Assembly: GCF_003149375.1 (NCBI RefSeq)
Contig: NZ_QFWH01000001.1
Location: forward strand, 291,593-355,592
Direction: 5' to 3'
Length of the DNA stretch: 64,000 nt
Source: Vampirovibrio chlorellavorus
GTDB lineage: Bacteria; Cyanobacteriota; Vampirovibrionia; Vampirovibrionales; Vampirovibrionaceae
Of this stretch, positions 50,051-61,437 are shown piece after piece. The notes below the pieces were generated by a model. The model saw only the letters and a list, made by a program, of their open reading frames with translations, searched no databases and was not told where the DNA came from. Numbering within the stretch: position 1 is the stretch's first letter; each line of letters begins with the position of its first letter. The position numbers were made by a program, and so were the translations under genes.

Positions 50051-50365
50051 ATGACTCAAACCATACTTCAGCATAGCATTGGAGACGATCTGCCCAGGCT
50101 CAACCAGTTAATTCTGGAGCGGGAGCGAATTATCGAGGCTTGCCAGGTCCTCGATACAGACGCCTTCACGCTGGCACAAAAAGCGCACCTTCGGGTCAGG
50201 CTGGAGTCCTGCCAGGCACTGGATCTGGAGATTGAGCAGAACATGAATGACTTTAAAACGCGTATGGGCCAACAGCTTCGGCATCTCAGGCAAAGTCAAA
50301 ATCTGCTTGGGAAGTACCAAAGTCCCGCAGGTAGCGGTCAGGAAACCCATAACGAGGACGCCTAG
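50051..50365 (+). CDS. small helical protein, possibly FliT/FlgN-like
   Basis: Follows fliS. About 105 aa from MTQTILQ. All-helical composition. Assignment rests on position only. Confidence 0.3.
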   Translation: MTQTILQHSIGDDLPRLNQLILERERIIEACQVLDTDAFTLAQKAHLRVRLESCQALDLEIEQNMNDFKTRMGQQLRHLRQSQNLLGKYQSPAGSGQETHNEDA

Positions 50366-50398
50366 CCATAAAAACGCCTTTTAAGGTACTATGGAAGC

Positions 50399-50764
50399 AT
50401 GGTATCGCTCATCCCGGTTCTTGTTGTAGAAGATGATCCCCACTGGCAAGAGGGGATTCAGGTTTTGCTGCAGCAAAGTGGTCGGTTTCAGGCCGTATCC
50501 ATTGTTGATCATTACGAAGACGCCCTGAGCGCATTTACGCAGTATCAGCCACAGCTGGTTCTGCTGGACTGGCAGATTATTGGAGAGAAAGACGGGCTGG
50601 ACGTCGGGCATAAACTGCTTCAGCTCGGCCTGGCCTCTCATCAAATCGTCCTGATTAGCGCGGCCAATCCGCAATCCATCCCCAGCCACCCGTTTCTGTA
50701 TATCCCTAAAAATCAAATCTCGGACCAACTTTTGCCCCTGCTGGACGCTTTATTTCCCGCGTAA
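50399..50764 (+). CDS. stand-alone CheY-like receiver domain protein
   Basis: VLVVEDDP ... LVLLDWQI ... receiver motifs. 121 aa. No output domain. Confidence 0.7.
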   Translation: MVSLIPVLVVEDDPHWQEGIQVLLQQSGRFQAVSIVDHYEDALSAFTQYQPQLVLLDWQIIGEKDGLDVGHKLLQLGLASHQIVLISAANPQSIPSHPFLYIPKNQISDQLLPLLDALFPA

Positions 50765-51073
50765 ATTTCAGCGCTTGCGTCCTTATTTTGTCTTTGCTAT
50801 ATATAATGCTCCCACCTTAAATGGCTAAAATTGCAGGTTCTATGCAATTTGAGTTTACCTCTCAAGCGTTACACATCAGGCTGTTACGAGCCTATCTGGG
50901 TAAAAGTCCAGAGATAAAACCATTTAAGGCAAATCCCCCGGTTCCAAGTCAGTGGATTGTTTTGGCAATCCGGGCTGGCCTGCAGCTTTAGGGAACCAAG
51001 CAACCAAAACCGTTCAAAAAACGGAAGCACGCATCACAAACGGAACAAAAGAACGGAATAAAAGAAAGGATCA
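50765..51073 (+). promoter_or_regulatory. rplJ promoter and probable L10 leader region
   Basis: 309-bp untranslated leader with TATATAAT -10-like box near 50800. L10(L12)4 autoregulatory leaders are well known upstream of rplJ. The RNA structure was not verified. Confidence 0.3.
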
Positions 51074-51610
51074 GTGGCTGCCGTGGGAAAACTGGCCCAA
51101 AAACAAGAGACCGTAGAAGTACTCAAGGAGCACTTGGGGAAAGCCACCATCGCTGTCGTGGCTGACTATCGCGGTTTGACTGTGTCCGAGCTGACCCAGC
51201 TTCGCCGGGAACTCTACAAAGAGAAAGCTCAGTTCACGGTTGCAAAAAACACGTTGGCAATCCATGCCATCAAAGACACCGAACTGGACGCCTTGAAGGA
51301 TTCGCTGAAAGGTCCGACCGCTCTGCTCATTGGGCAGGCCGATCAGGTTGCCCCGGTGAAAATCCTGACCGAGTTCTTTAAAAAGAACAAAAAGTCCAAT
51401 CAAATCCGGGCCGGTGTCCTGGACAGCAAGCTTCTGAGTCCGGCTGAAGTGGATCAGCTGGCAAAGCTCCCGCCACTCGAAGAGCTTCGCGGAAAACTGG
51501 TGGGTGCTATCAATTCTCCGTTGAGCGGTATTGTTTCGGCAATCAGCAGCCCGCAGCGCGGTCTGGTGAACGTGCTGGATCAGTATGCGAAACGTTTGCA
51601 GGAAGCGTAA
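51074..51610 (+). CDS. rplJ: 50S ribosomal protein L10
   Basis: GTG start after AAGGA. KATIAVVADYRGLTVSELTQLRREL core. Confidence 0.9.
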   Translation: MAAVGKLAQKQETVEVLKEHLGKATIAVVADYRGLTVSELTQLRRELYKEKAQFTVAKNTLAIHAIKDTELDALKDSLKGPTALLIGQADQVAPVKILTEFFKKNKKSNQIRAGVLDSKLLSPAEVDQLAKLPPLEELRGKLVGAINSPLSGIVSAISSPQRGLVNVLDQYAKRLQEA

Positions 51611-51696
51611 ATTTACGGGCCGTTCTCCCCAGATTTACCCCTCCCTGTTACAAGGTGTTACCAAGTCAACAATCAAAATAATGAGGTTCCATTTCA

Positions 51697-52086
51697 ATGC
51701 CTGTTGAATTAGATGACAAGACAAGTAAGATTTTTGAAGAAATCAAAACCTTGAGCTTCTTGCAAACCGCCAATCTGGTAAAAGCGTTCGAAGACGAGTT
51801 CGGTATCACCGCTTCCGCTCCCATGGCCGTTGCTGCTATGCCTGCCGCTGGTGGCGCTGCCGCTGAAGAAGAAGTGACTGATGTGACCGTTATCTTGAAA
51901 GATGCCGGTAGCAACAAGATCGCCGTTTTGAAAGAAGTGCGCGCCATCACCGGTTTGGGCTTGAAAGAAGCCAAGGATCTGGTGGACGCTGCTCCGAAGC
52001 CCATCAAAGAAGGCGTGAAAAAAGAAGACGCCGCCAAATTGAAAGAGCAGCTGGAAGCCGCTGGCGCTACCATCGAAATCAAGTAA
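51697..52086 (+). CDS. rplL: 50S ribosomal protein L7/L12
   Basis: N-terminal dimerisation helix, Ala/Glu-rich hinge. C-terminal domain [28 protein letters not shown]. Confidence 0.9.
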   Translation: MPVELDDKTSKIFEEIKTLSFLQTANLVKAFEDEFGITASAPMAVAAMPAAGGAAAEEEVTDVTVILKDAGSNKIAVLKEVRAITGLGLKEAKDLVDAAPKPIKEGVKKEDAAKLKEQLEAAGATIEIK

Positions 52087-52094
52087 CCGCATCA

Positions 52095-52160
52095 TAGGCA
52101 AGGGAAAACCGAGACAGCCAATTCCAAGGAATGGCCACTTGGTTTTCCTTTTTGCCTATG
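52095..52160 (+). terminator. putative attenuator hairpin between rplL and rpoB
   Basis: Imperfect long hairpin (ggcaagggaaaacc ... ggttttcctttttgcc) followed by a T-rich run. Partial terminators at this position are classical. Confidence 0.4.
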
Positions 52161-52297
52161 AAATTTTGCGTTTCCGTATGTCCTTGATATAGTGGGATAT
52201 TGTTTGACCCCTATTATATTTTTGATCGTGACCTGATTCAGTCTCTAGCGCGCAATCCACCACTCTAACTACGTTTTCAATTACGACGAGGTTCACA

Positions 52298-55200
52298 ATG
52301 GCAGCAAAGACCATGCGTTCAACCCTTCCAGGTATTGGGTCTCTCCCCCTGGAGCAACTACCAGATTTGGCTGAAATTCAAAAGAATTCTTTTAACTGGT
52401 TTATTACCGAAGGTCTTAAAGAAGAGCTTTTATCCTTCTCTCCAATTCGTGACTACACCGGCCGTCTAGAGCTTTACTTCCTGCCAGAATACAGTTTCGA
52501 CAAGCCCAAGCACACTGTGGAAAGTGCCCGGCTTCATGACACCACCTATGCTCGTCAACTCAGAATTATGTTGCGCCTGGTCAACCGGGATACCGGTGAG
52601 ATCAAGGAGCAGGAAGCCTATATCGGCGAAATTCCCATGATGACCGATCGTGGGACTTTCATCATTAACGGCGCCGAGCGGGTGATTGTTTCCCAGATCG
52701 TCCGTTCCCCCGGGATTTATTACAAGAAAGATCAGGCCTTGAACGGTAAGCGTATCTTTAACGCTACCATGATCCCCAATCGGGGCGCCTGGTTGAAGTT
52801 TGAAACCGATATCAACGACGTCATCTACGTCAAGATTGACAAAAACCGCAAGATTTTGGCCACTACCCTCTTGCGTGCCTTGGGTCTTTCCGTCGCGGAA
52901 ATGGAAAACCAGTTCCGTCATTTTGACTACCTCAAGAAGACTTTGGATAAGGATCCTACGGAAACCACCGAGGAAGCCTTGATCGAGGTCTACAAAAAAC
53001 TCCGTCCCGGTGATCCGCCCAGCGTTAGCGGCGGACGCTCTCTCTTGGAAAGCCGCTTCTTTGATGAAAAGCGCTATGACTTGGGCAAGGTGGGCCGCTA
53101 CAAGGTCAACAAAAAACTGGGCTTGTCCGCGCCAGATACTGTGCGGGTTTTGACCAACGAAGATATCGTTTCGGCCATCGATTACCTGATTAACCTGAAT
53201 TACGATGATGGTCAGGTGGATGACATCGATCATTTGGGGAACCGTCGGATTCGCGCGGTGGGTGAACTGCTGCAAAACCAGTTCCGGGTGGGTTTAACCC
53301 GTCTGGAGCGGATTGTTAAAGAGCGGATGACCTTGCAGGATATCGACACGTTGACCCCCAACAATCTGTTGAACCCCAAGCCTTTGCTGGCGGCCATCCG
53401 GGAGTTTTTTGGCTCTTCCCAGCTCTCCCAGTTTATGGATCAAACTAATCCATTGTCTGAGTTGACCCACAAACGACGTTTGTCTGCCTTGGGGCCTGGT
53501 GGTTTGACCCGTGAGCGGGCCGGTTTTGCGGTTCGTGATATTCACCCCAGCCACTACGGAAGAATTTGCCCGGTAGAGACACCGGAAGGGCCCAACGCCG
53601 GTTTGATTGGCTCTTTGGCCACTTATGCCCGCGTGAACGAGTATGGCTTCCTGGAAACCCCATATTGGGAAGTCAAAGACGGGAAGCTGACCGGGGAAAT
53701 CCACTTCTTGTCCGCCGATGAAGAGGACAAGTATCGTGTGGCCCCCGGTGACGCCACCCGTGCTGAGGATGGTACCTTGACTGGTTCCGCCGTTCCGGTT
53801 CGTTATCGCAACGAATTTACCATTACCGAACCCGATACCGTTGACTACGTCGGCGTTTCCCCCATCCAGATTGTCTCTGTGGGTACGGCCTTGATTCCCT
53901 TTTTGGAGCATGATGATGCCAACCGGGCCTTGATGGGCTCTAACATGCAACGGCAATCGGTGCCTTTGGTTTCCGCTGAGCGTCCCATGGTTGGAACTGG
54001 CCTGGAGCGTCGCGTGGCCATGGACTCCGGTATGTCGCTGGTTTCCGAAGTGGAAGGTAAAGTCGAGCGCGTGACCGGTGAGAGCATTGACATCCGTGGC
54101 AAAGACGGGAAGCTCCACTCTTACCCCATGATCAAGTACCTGCGCAGTAACCAGGATACCTGCTTAAACCACCGTCCCATTGTCCGGGTGGGTGATTCCG
54201 TGGACGCCGGACAGGTCATTGCCGACGGCGCCGCCAGTCAGCAAGGCGAACTGGCACTGGGTCGCAACATTATGGTGGCCTTCATGCCTTGGGAAGGCTA
54301 CAACTTTGAAGATGCCATCCTAATCAGCGAGCGCCTCATTCACGATGATGTGTACACCAGTATTCACATCGAGAAATTGGAAGTAGACGCCCGTACCACT
54401 AAGCTGGGGCCGGAGGAAATCACCCGGGAGATTCCCAACGTGGGTGAAGACGCCCTGCGCAACCTGGATGAGCGCGGTATCGTGCGGGTTGGTGCCCGGA
54501 TGTTCGCCGGTGACATTCTGGTCGGCAAGATTACCCCCAAGGGTGAATCCGAGCATCCGCCGGAAGAGAAGCTGCTGCGGGCCATTTTTGCCGAGAAGGC
54601 ACGTGATGTGAGAGACAACTCTCTCCGTGTTCCCCACGGAGAAGGTGGCCGGGTGGTTGATGTGAAGGTCTTTGACCGCGAAAAAGGTGATGAATTGCCG
54701 CCCGGGGCCAATACCGTGGTTCGAGTCTACTTGGCCCAGAAGCGTAAAATCAGCGTGGGCGACAAGGTGGCAGGACGTCACGGAAACAAGGGGATTGTTT
54801 CCAAGATCCTACCCATTGAAGATATGCCCTTCATGCCGGATGGCACCCCCATTGATATCGTTTTGAACCCGCTGGGCGTACCGTCTCGTATGAACGTGGG
54901 TCAAACCTATGAGACTCTGTTGGGCTTAGCGGCTCACTTGACTGGCAAGCACTACGAAGTGCCTCCGTTCGATGAAATGTACGGGGAAGAAGCCTCTCGT
55001 ACGGCCGTTACCAAAGAATTGCAAACTGCCATTGATGACGCCGGCATCGACTGGATTTTCAGCGATGGGAAAGCGGTCTTGTATGATGGACGGAACGGCG
55101 AGCCCTTCGCCAACCGGGTCGCCATTGGTCGCATGTACGTTATGAAACTGGTCCACCTGGTAGACGACAAGATCCACGCCCGTAGCACCGGCCCTTACAG

Positions 55201-55600
55201 CTTGGTAACCCAGCAGCCGTTGGGTGGTAAGGCTCAATTTGGTGGTCAGCGCTTCGGGGAGATGGAAGTATGGGCCCTGGAAGCATACGGCGCCGCCTAT
55301 ACCCTGCAGGAAATGCTAACCATCAAGTCTGATGATGTGGTGGGTCGTTCCCGGGCTTATGAGGCCATCGTCAAAGGTGAGAACCTGAATCGACCCAGTA
55401 TTCCTGAGTCTTTCAAGGTACTGGTTCGTGAAATTCATAGTATTGGCCTGGATATTACAGTGAAAAAACGACTGAAAGACGGTCGTGAGGTTGAAATCGA
55501 TTTGATGGCGGATGAAGCGGCTCGTGCCCCCAAGCGCGAATTTGCCTCCGCTGGCAACGAACTGCTCAACTTCTTCTCTGCCAATTCCGATTCGATTTAA
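52298..55600 (+). CDS. rpoB: DNA-directed RNA polymerase subunit beta
   Basis: 1100 aa with all conserved beta-subunit blocks (rifampicin-cluster region, [21 protein letters not shown]). Confidence 0.95.
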   Translation: MAAKTMRSTLPGIGSLPLEQLPDLAEIQKNSFNWFITEGLKEELLSFSPIRDYTGRLELYFLPEYSFDKPKHTVESARLHDTTYARQLRIMLRLVNRDTGEIKEQEAYIGEIPMMTDRGTFIINGAERVIVSQIVRSPGIYYKKDQALNGKRIFNATMIPNRGAWLKFETDINDVIYVKIDKNRKILATTLLRALGLSVAEMENQFRHFDYLKKTLDKDPTETTEEALIEVYKKLRPGDPPSVSGGRSLLESRFFDEKRYDLGKVGRYKVNKKLGLSAPDTVRVLTNEDIVSAIDYLINLNYDDGQVDDIDHLGNRRIRAVGELLQNQFRVGLTRLERIVKERMTLQDIDTLTPNNLLNPKPLLAAIREFFGSSQLSQFMDQTNPLSELTHKRRLSALGPGGLTRERAGFAVRDIHPSHYGRICPVETPEGPNAGLIGSLATYARVNEYGFLETPYWEVKDGKLTGEIHFLSADEEDKYRVAPGDATRAEDGTLTGSAVPVRYRNEFTITEPDTVDYVGVSPIQIVSVGTALIPFLEHDDANRALMGSNMQRQSVPLVSAERPMVGTGLERRVAMDSGMSLVSEVEGKVERVTGESIDIRGKDGKLHSYPMIKYLRSNQDTCLNHRPIVRVGDSVDAGQVIADGAASQQGELALGRNIMVAFMPWEGYNFEDAILISERLIHDDVYTSIHIEKLEVDARTTKLGPEEITREIPNVGEDALRNLDERGIVRVGARMFAGDILVGKITPKGESEHPPEEKLLRAIFAEKARDVRDNSLRVPHGEGGRVVDVKVFDREKGDELPPGANTVVRVYLAQKRKISVGDKVAGRHGNKGIVSKILPIEDMPFMPDGTPIDIVLNPLGVPSRMNVGQTYETLLGLAAHLTGKHYEVPPFDEMYGEEASRTAVTKELQTAIDDAGIDWIFSDGKAVLYDGRNGEPFANRVAIGRMYVMKLVHLVDDKIHARSTGPYSLVTQQPLGGKAQFGGQRFGEMEVWALEAYGAAYTLQEMLTIKSDDVVGRSRAYEAIVKGENLNRPSIPESFKVLVREIHSIGLDITVKKRLKDGREVEIDLMADEAARAPKREFASAGNELLNFFSANSDSI

Positions 55601-55612
55601 AGGAGCACCACT

Positions 55613-57331
55613 GTGGTAAGCACCAATATTGACCAGTTTGATTTCATCAAAATCGGGATTGCCTCGCCCGAGCGCGTAATGAATTGGTCTCACGGCGAGG
55701 TGATGAAGCCCGAGACCATTAACTACCGAACCCTGAAGCCCGAGCGGGATGGCCTGTTTTGCGAGCGTATCTTTGGTCCTTCCAAGGACTGGGAGTGCTA
55801 TTGCGGCAAGTACAAGCGGGTTCGCCACCGAGGCATCGTTTGCGAACGTTGCGGCGTCGAGGTGACTGAATCCAAGGTGCGCCGTCACCGCATGGGCCAT
55901 ATTAAATTGGCCGCACCGGTTACCCATATCTGGTTCCTGAAAGGGATTCCCAGCTACTTGGGCCTGATTCTGGATATGTCCCTGAAGGATTTGGAGCAAG
56001 TGATTTACTTCAACTCCTACGTGGTTCTGGATCCGGGAAATACCGAACTGAAGGCCAACCAGTTGCTCTCGGAAGAAGATTACGAAACCATCCTGGAAGA
56101 AAACGAAGAAGCTCAGCTAGAAGTTGGTATTGGCGCAGAGGCCATCCAGATTTTGCTGTCCCGCTTGAACTTGCAGGAAATGAGTGATGCCCTGAAGCAA
56201 GAGCTGGAAGAAATTACCGGCTCCAGCCAAAAGCGGGTCAAACCGTTGAAGCGTCTGCGCTTGGTGGAATCCCTGCTGCAGAGTGGTACCAACCCTTCCT
56301 GGATGGTCATGGACGTATTGCCTGTGATCCCCCCGGACTTGCGCCCCATGGTGCAGCTGGATGGTGGTCGTTTTGCCACTTCCGACCTGAATGATCTGTA
56401 CCGTCGGGTCATCAACCGGAATAACCGCTTGTCCCGTTTGCTGGAAATGGGCGCTCCGGAAATCATCGTGCGGAACGAAAAGCGGATGTTGCAGGAAGCG
56501 GTGGACGCCTTGATTGACAATGGACGTCGTGGCCGTACGGTCGTGGGCCCCAACAACCGCCCTCTGAAGTCCTTGTCCAACATTATTGAAGGAAAACAGG
56601 GTCGGTTCCGCCAAAACTTGCTGGGTAAGCGGGTTGACTACTCCGGTCGGAGTGTAATCGTGGTCGGTCCCCGGTTGAAACTGCACCAGTGCGGTTTGCC
56701 CAAGGAGATGGCCATTGAGCTGTTCAAGCCCTTTGTCATCAACAAGCTGATTGAACGTGGTGAAAGCCAGAACATCAAGTCGGCCAAAAAGACCATTGAG
56801 CGTCAGGAAACTGTGGTTTGGGACGTTCTCGAAGAGGTCATCAAGGGTCACCCTGTTCTGCTGAACCGGGCTCCAACGCTGCACCGTCTGGGGATTCAGT
56901 CCTTTGAGCCGGTTTTGGTGGAAGGGCGCGCCATCCAGCTCCACCCGCTGGTTTGTACCGCTTTCAACGCCGACTTTGATGGTGACCAGATGGCCGTTCA
57001 CGTACCCCTGTCGGTGGAAGCCCAGACGGAAGCCCGCATGCTGATGATGGCTACCAACAACGTATTGCAGCCTTCAACCGGCAAACCGATTATTACTCCC
57101 TCCCAGGATATGGTTTTGGGCATTTACTACCTGACCCTGGACAACCCCCACGCCACTAAAGGCGCAGGTATGAAATTCTTTAGCTTTGAAGACGCCCTGG
57201 CGGCTTTTGAAGCGGGAGTGATTGATCTGCACGCCAAGGTGATTGTGCGTGATGAAGGTGGTCAACTCATTGAAACCACCGCAGGACGGATTATTTTCAA
57301 CAAAACCGTCCGTCAATCGGTTCTCCAGTAA
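55613..57331 (+). CDS. rpoC1: DNA-directed RNA polymerase subunit gamma (N-terminal part of beta-prime)
   Basis: Zinc-binding [35 protein letters not shown] active site. Ends with a stop 25 nt before rpoC2. Confidence 0.9.
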   Translation: MVSTNIDQFDFIKIGIASPERVMNWSHGEVMKPETINYRTLKPERDGLFCERIFGPSKDWECYCGKYKRVRHRGIVCERCGVEVTESKVRRHRMGHIKLAAPVTHIWFLKGIPSYLGLILDMSLKDLEQVIYFNSYVVLDPGNTELKANQLLSEEDYETILEENEEAQLEVGIGAEAIQILLSRLNLQEMSDALKQELEEITGSSQKRVKPLKRLRLVESLLQSGTNPSWMVMDVLPVIPPDLRPMVQLDGGRFATSDLNDLYRRVINRNNRLSRLLEMGAPEIIVRNEKRMLQEAVDALIDNGRRGRTVVGPNNRPLKSLSNIIEGKQGRFRQNLLGKRVDYSGRSVIVVGPRLKLHQCGLPKEMAIELFKPFVINKLIERGESQNIKSAKKTIERQETVVWDVLEEVIKGHPVLLNRAPTLHRLGIQSFEPVLVEGRAIQLHPLVCTAFNADFDGDQMAVHVPLSVEAQTEARMLMMATNNVLQPSTGKPIITPSQDMVLGIYYLTLDNPHATKGAGMKFFSFEDALAAFEAGVIDLHAKVIVRDEGGQLIETTAGRIIFNKTVRQSVLQ

Positions 57332-57356
57332 GCATTGAACGAGGTAACAGGCACCT

Positions 57357-60300
57357 ATGAGCATCCTATCGCCCAACAAATCCCAGAAAAAGCAGTTGGA
57401 CTTCATCAACAAGGTGGTTGACAAGAAGGAGTTGAACCGCTTGCTGGCCAAGGTTTATGCCGAAATGGGCATGGCTAAAACCGGTACGCTGGCCAATAAC
57501 CTGAAGGATTTGGGCTTCCGCTACGCTACCAAAGCTGGCGTCACCATTTCCATTGACGATTTAAGCGTTCCTGAAGCAAAGAAAAGTCTGATCAATGACG
57601 CCGAGGCCGAGATTGAGCGGGCTACCCAGCGCTTCATGAAGGGCGAGATCACCGAGGTGGAACGTTATACCAAGGTTATCGACACCTGGAGCGAAACCAC
57701 TGAAAAATTAACCAAGTCCGTGGTCGACAACTTCGACCGCTTGAACCCGGTATACATGATGGCTTTCTCCGGTGCCCGGGGGAACATCAGTCAGGTTCGT
57801 CAGTTGGTGGGGATGCGGGGCCTGATGGCGGACGCACAGGGGCAGATCATTGACTTGCCCATTAAATCCAACTTCCGGGAAGGCTTGAGCGTAACCGAGT
57901 ACATCATTTCCAGCTACGGTGCCCGGAAAGGTCTGGTAGACACCGCCTTGAAAACCGCTGACTCCGGATACCTGACCCGTCGTCTGGTAGATGTCGCTCA
58001 GGACGTGATTATTCAGGAAGCCGATTGCGGTACCACCAACGGGATCCCTATGCGGGCCATCATGGAAGGTGAATCCGAGATCATGTCCCTGGTGGATCGG
58101 GTGATCAGTCGGGCCGCCGCGGTGAACGTGGTGAATGAAGATGGGGAAGTCCTGGTCCCCGCCGGTGAAATCATTACCTTGGCCTTGGCCGATGTGATTG
58201 AGAAATCCAATATCAAAGAAATCCTGATGCGTTCGGTGCTGACTTGCGAAAGCCAGGTCGGAATTTGCCAGAAGTGCTACGGTTGGTCTCTCACCAGTAA
58301 CAAGATCGTTGATATTGGTGAAGCCATTGGGATTATCGCCGCGCAAAGTATCGGGGAGCCTGGTACTCAGCTGACCATGCGTACCTTCCACACGGGCGGT
58401 GTATTCAGCAGCTTGGGCAAACGCGAAATGTTCAAGGCCAAGAGCGATGGCGAAGTGGTCAGCAAGCTACCCACCCGGGACTTCCGGACCCGTCATGGCG
58501 ACACCGTGCAGATGACCACCCGCGATTGCACTCTGGAGATCAAGGGTGCCGACGGTAAGACCAGCAAGTACAACCTGCCTTTCAACACCCAGGTCATGGT
58601 GGCAGCTGGCGACAAGGTGAAAAAAGATCAGATTATCGCCTCGTTTGAACCCACTGCGGGCCGTAAAACGGAGCGGGCTACCAAGGATATTACCGGTAGC
58701 ATGAGCGGAGAAGTCTGGTTTGATGGCTTTGACGCCGATGAAAAACGGGATCGTCAAGGCAACATCAGCCGGACCGCCAACCGCCCCGGTACCATCTGGG
58801 TTCTGGGTGGCGACGTTTACAACTTGCCCACTGGGGCCAAGCACATGGTTCAGGATGGACAAGTGCTGAACGTCGGTGAGATCATCGCTGAAACCCACGT
58901 GGTCAGTGAGCATGGTGGTGAAGTCCGTATTCCCGCTGATCTCGAAATCGAAGAACACAAGGTCGGCAAGGAAACCGTTAAGAAAATCATCAACGGTAAA
59001 GACCTCACCATCATCATTGCCAGCATTTCCCCTAGCAATGCCGAATTGGTGCAGACCAAGAAAGAACAGTTGTGGAAAGTGGGCGACGATGAGGAGACCT
59101 ACATCGTCAAATCCCCACAGGGCACTTCTCTGGAAAACGGCAGTGTGGTCGCCGAGCTGATTGATGAAAGCATGGCCGTTCCCACCAGTGGCCAAATCCG
59201 CTACCTGGATGTGGAAGTCGATGAGCAGCGTATTTTGACCCAAACGGGCAAAATCCTGTTCTTGCCGGAAGAAATCCATCAGGTCAGCAAGGATATCTCC
59301 CTGAAAGTGCCCGGTATCGAATCTGGCATGGAAGTGACCGCGGGTACCGAGATCATCAAGGGTATTACCTGTCAGACGGACGGTATCGTGGAAATTGTGG
59401 AAGAAAACGACATTGTCCGCGAGGTCGTGGTGCGTCCCGGCAAGTTGTTCCGTGTGGACGATATCAGCACCCTGAACGTGGATGATGGTACCGTGGTCAG
59501 CAAAGGCACCGAGGTCGCCCCGGGTATTAAGGCCACCGAAGATTGCGTGGTGACCGTCAACTTCCAGATTGAAGTCCCGGAAGATGATGATGAGGACATT
59601 GAGGACACCAGCGATCTGGAATACGCCGAAGTGCTGTTGCGTCCTTACCAGGAATTCATTATCGAGCCCCGCAAAGTCAAGATTGATTTTGAATCCACCG
59701 ATCCTGACAACATTACCATCGTGCCGGTGACCCAATTGCAGGTGAAGGATGGCGACAAAATTCGCCATATCGAAGGCGCCCCCATTTTGAGAACCAGTCT
59801 GGTTCTGCAAATGAAAGGGTATCTGGAGCGCCTGAAGGCCGTCGCCGAGATCAAGGATGGCAGCAAAAAAGAGGGTGATAACCTGAAGGTGGTGGTTCTG
59901 GAGAACCTGACCATCCGTCGGGAAAATCCTTCCGGATTCAGCTCCCAGAAAACCGCCACCCAGACCCAACTGCTGGTGGAAGATGGCCAGGTGATCGACA
60001 AACGCTCCCCTGTGGTCAAAACGCAGGTTATTACCCACACCAAGGGTCGGGTTAGCCTCGGCAACGCGGCCAATGACAAGGACGTGCGTCGGGTACTGTT
60101 GATTACCGACGATCATGAAACTGTGATCGAGACCAGCACCAAGCCAACCGTTAAAGTGGGCGACTTTGTGACCATGGATCAGGAAATCGCTGCGGTGGAT
60201 AAAACCCCCATTTCCGGACAAGTGACTGCGGTTGACGCCAAGTCCGTGACCATCCGGGAATCCCAGCCCTACCTGATTTCCGGTGGTACCTTGCTGCAAG

Positions 60301-61304
60301 TTGAAAACCGGGCCCTGACCCAACGGGGCGACTTGATTGCCTCGCTGATCTTTGAACGGCAAAAGACCGGGGATATTGTTCAGGGTCTTCCTCGGGTTGA
60401 AGAATTGCTGGAAGGACGGAAGCCCAAGGAGTCCGCCATTATCGCTCCCGTGGACGGTACGGTGGAAATCATCTGGGAAGAGGACGTCCAGCGTTTATAC
60501 CTGACCAGCATCAACGGCCGGGAAGAGATCTCCATTCCGGTTGGCTCCAACATCGTGGTGGAAAACAAACAGGCGGTCAAAGCGGGTCAAGCCCTGACCG
60601 ATGGCCCCATCAACCCCCACGATATTCTGGTTGTCTCCGGCATTGAAGCCGTCCGGGAATACCTGGTGGAAGAAGTTCAGCGGGTTTACCGGTCTCAGGG
60701 TGTAGAGATCGCCGACAAGCACATTGAAGTCATTGTTCGTCAGATGACCAAGAAGGTTCGTGTGGACGAAGCCGGGGATACCACCCTGTTGGGCGGCGAA
60801 CTGGTGGACGAAAAAGCGGGTGCAGAAGCCAACCGTGTTATTGAAGGCAAGGAAGGCAAGCTGCCTGCCGAGTATCACCCGGTTCTGCTGGGTATCACCA
60901 AGGCCAGCTTGAATACCGAGAGCTTCATTTCCGCTGCCTCTTTCCAGGAAACCACCCGGGTTCTGACCGAAGCGGCCGTGGAAGGCAAGCGCGACTTCCT
61001 GCGTGGCTTGAAGGAAAACGTGATTATTGGCCGTCTCATCCCGGCCGGTACCGGTTTCCCTCACTTCAAGGACGAGCGTGCCGATATGTTCGACGACGCC
61101 GAACAGGCTTTGGCCGCCAAGTCCTCGCTGCGTAAACCGTCGGCCATTCTGGAAGAGATTGAAAGCATGTTCGGTTCACCGGAAATCTCGGAAGAGACTA
61201 TGGAAAGCCTGCTCATCGACGATTCCTCCATGCATGTCGAGACCATCGGCGGCGTTGAAGGCGAAGACGAAGACTACTCCAGCGACGCGATTCTGGACGA
61301 CTAG
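57357..61304 (+). CDS. rpoC2: DNA-directed RNA polymerase subunit beta-prime (C-terminal part)
   Basis: Own RBS and ATG. Trigger loop, bridge helix region and a large lineage-specific insertion. 1315 aa, as in cyanobacterial rpoC2. Confidence 0.9.
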   Translation: MSILSPNKSQKKQLDFINKVVDKKELNRLLAKVYAEMGMAKTGTLANNLKDLGFRYATKAGVTISIDDLSVPEAKKSLINDAEAEIERATQRFMKGEITEVERYTKVIDTWSETTEKLTKSVVDNFDRLNPVYMMAFSGARGNISQVRQLVGMRGLMADAQGQIIDLPIKSNFREGLSVTEYIISSYGARKGLVDTALKTADSGYLTRRLVDVAQDVIIQEADCGTTNGIPMRAIMEGESEIMSLVDRVISRAAAVNVVNEDGEVLVPAGEIITLALADVIEKSNIKEILMRSVLTCESQVGICQKCYGWSLTSNKIVDIGEAIGIIAAQSIGEPGTQLTMRTFHTGGVFSSLGKREMFKAKSDGEVVSKLPTRDFRTRHGDTVQMTTRDCTLEIKGADGKTSKYNLPFNTQVMVAAGDKVKKDQIIASFEPTAGRKTERATKDITGSMSGEVWFDGFDADEKRDRQGNISRTANRPGTIWVLGGDVYNLPTGAKHMVQDGQVLNVGEIIAETHVVSEHGGEVRIPADLEIEEHKVGKETVKKIINGKDLTIIIASISPSNAELVQTKKEQLWKVGDDEETYIVKSPQGTSLENGSVVAELIDESMAVPTSGQIRYLDVEVDEQRILTQTGKILFLPEEIHQVSKDISLKVPGIESGMEVTAGTEIIKGITCQTDGIVEIVEENDIVREVVVRPGKLFRVDDISTLNVDDGTVVSKGTEVAPGIKATEDCVVTVNFQIEVPEDDDEDIEDTSDLEYAEVLLRPYQEFIIEPRKVKIDFESTDPDNITIVPVTQLQVKDGDKIRHIEGAPILRTSLVLQMKGYLERLKAVAEIKDGSKKEGDNLKVVVLENLTIRRENPSGFSSQKTATQTQLLVEDGQVIDKRSPVVKTQVITHTKGRVSLGNAANDKDVRRVLLITDDHETVIETSTKPTVKVGDFVTMDQEIAAVDKTPISGQVTAVDAKSVTIRESQPYLISGGTLLQVENRALTQRGDLIASLIFERQKTGDIVQGLPRVEELLEGRKPKESAIIAPVDGTVEIIWEEDVQRLYLTSINGREEISIPVGSNIVVENKQAVKAGQALTDGPINPHDILVVSGIEAVREYLVEEVQRVYRSQGVEIADKHIEVIVRQMTKKVRVDEAGDTTLLGGELVDEKAGAEANRVIEGKEGKLPAEYHPVLLGITKASLNTESFISAASFQETTRVLTEAAVEGKRDFLRGLKENVIIGRLIPAGTGFPHFKDERADMFDDAEQALAAKSSLRKPSAILEEIESMFGSPEISEETMESLLIDDSSMHVETIGGVEGEDEDYSSDAILDD

Positions 61305-61326
61305 GATTCATCGCATTTAAAACAGG

Positions 61327-61363
61327 AAAACCACCGCACCTTTTTCAGGGCGGTGGTTTTCTT
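61327..61363 (+). terminator. rho-independent terminator after rpoC2
   Basis: aaaaCCACCGCacctttttcaggGCGGTGGttttctt. Confidence 0.75.
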
Positions 61364-61437
61364 ATGAACAGGCCATTTAAAGACCGGCATTTTTAGAGTA
61401 AAATAGCGACCTCTCTGGTAGTTCCCCTCAAGCAGAA

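Noticed and set aside
57332-57356. rpoC split interpreted as a frameshift or pseudogene
   Set aside because: rpoC1 ends with a clean stop. rpoC2 has its own RBS and ATG. The product sizes match the natural gamma and beta-prime split of cyanobacteria.
58467-60362. Long antisense ORFs inside rpoC2, the synthase, GH57 genes, glnA and others (for example 58467..60362, 17819..19060, 9148..9834, 10135..11085, 25029..25799, 30298..31641)
   Set aside because: These are shadow ORFs opposite strongly conserved protein-coding genes. They have low-complexity, Gly/His/Arg-rich translations and no independent signals.
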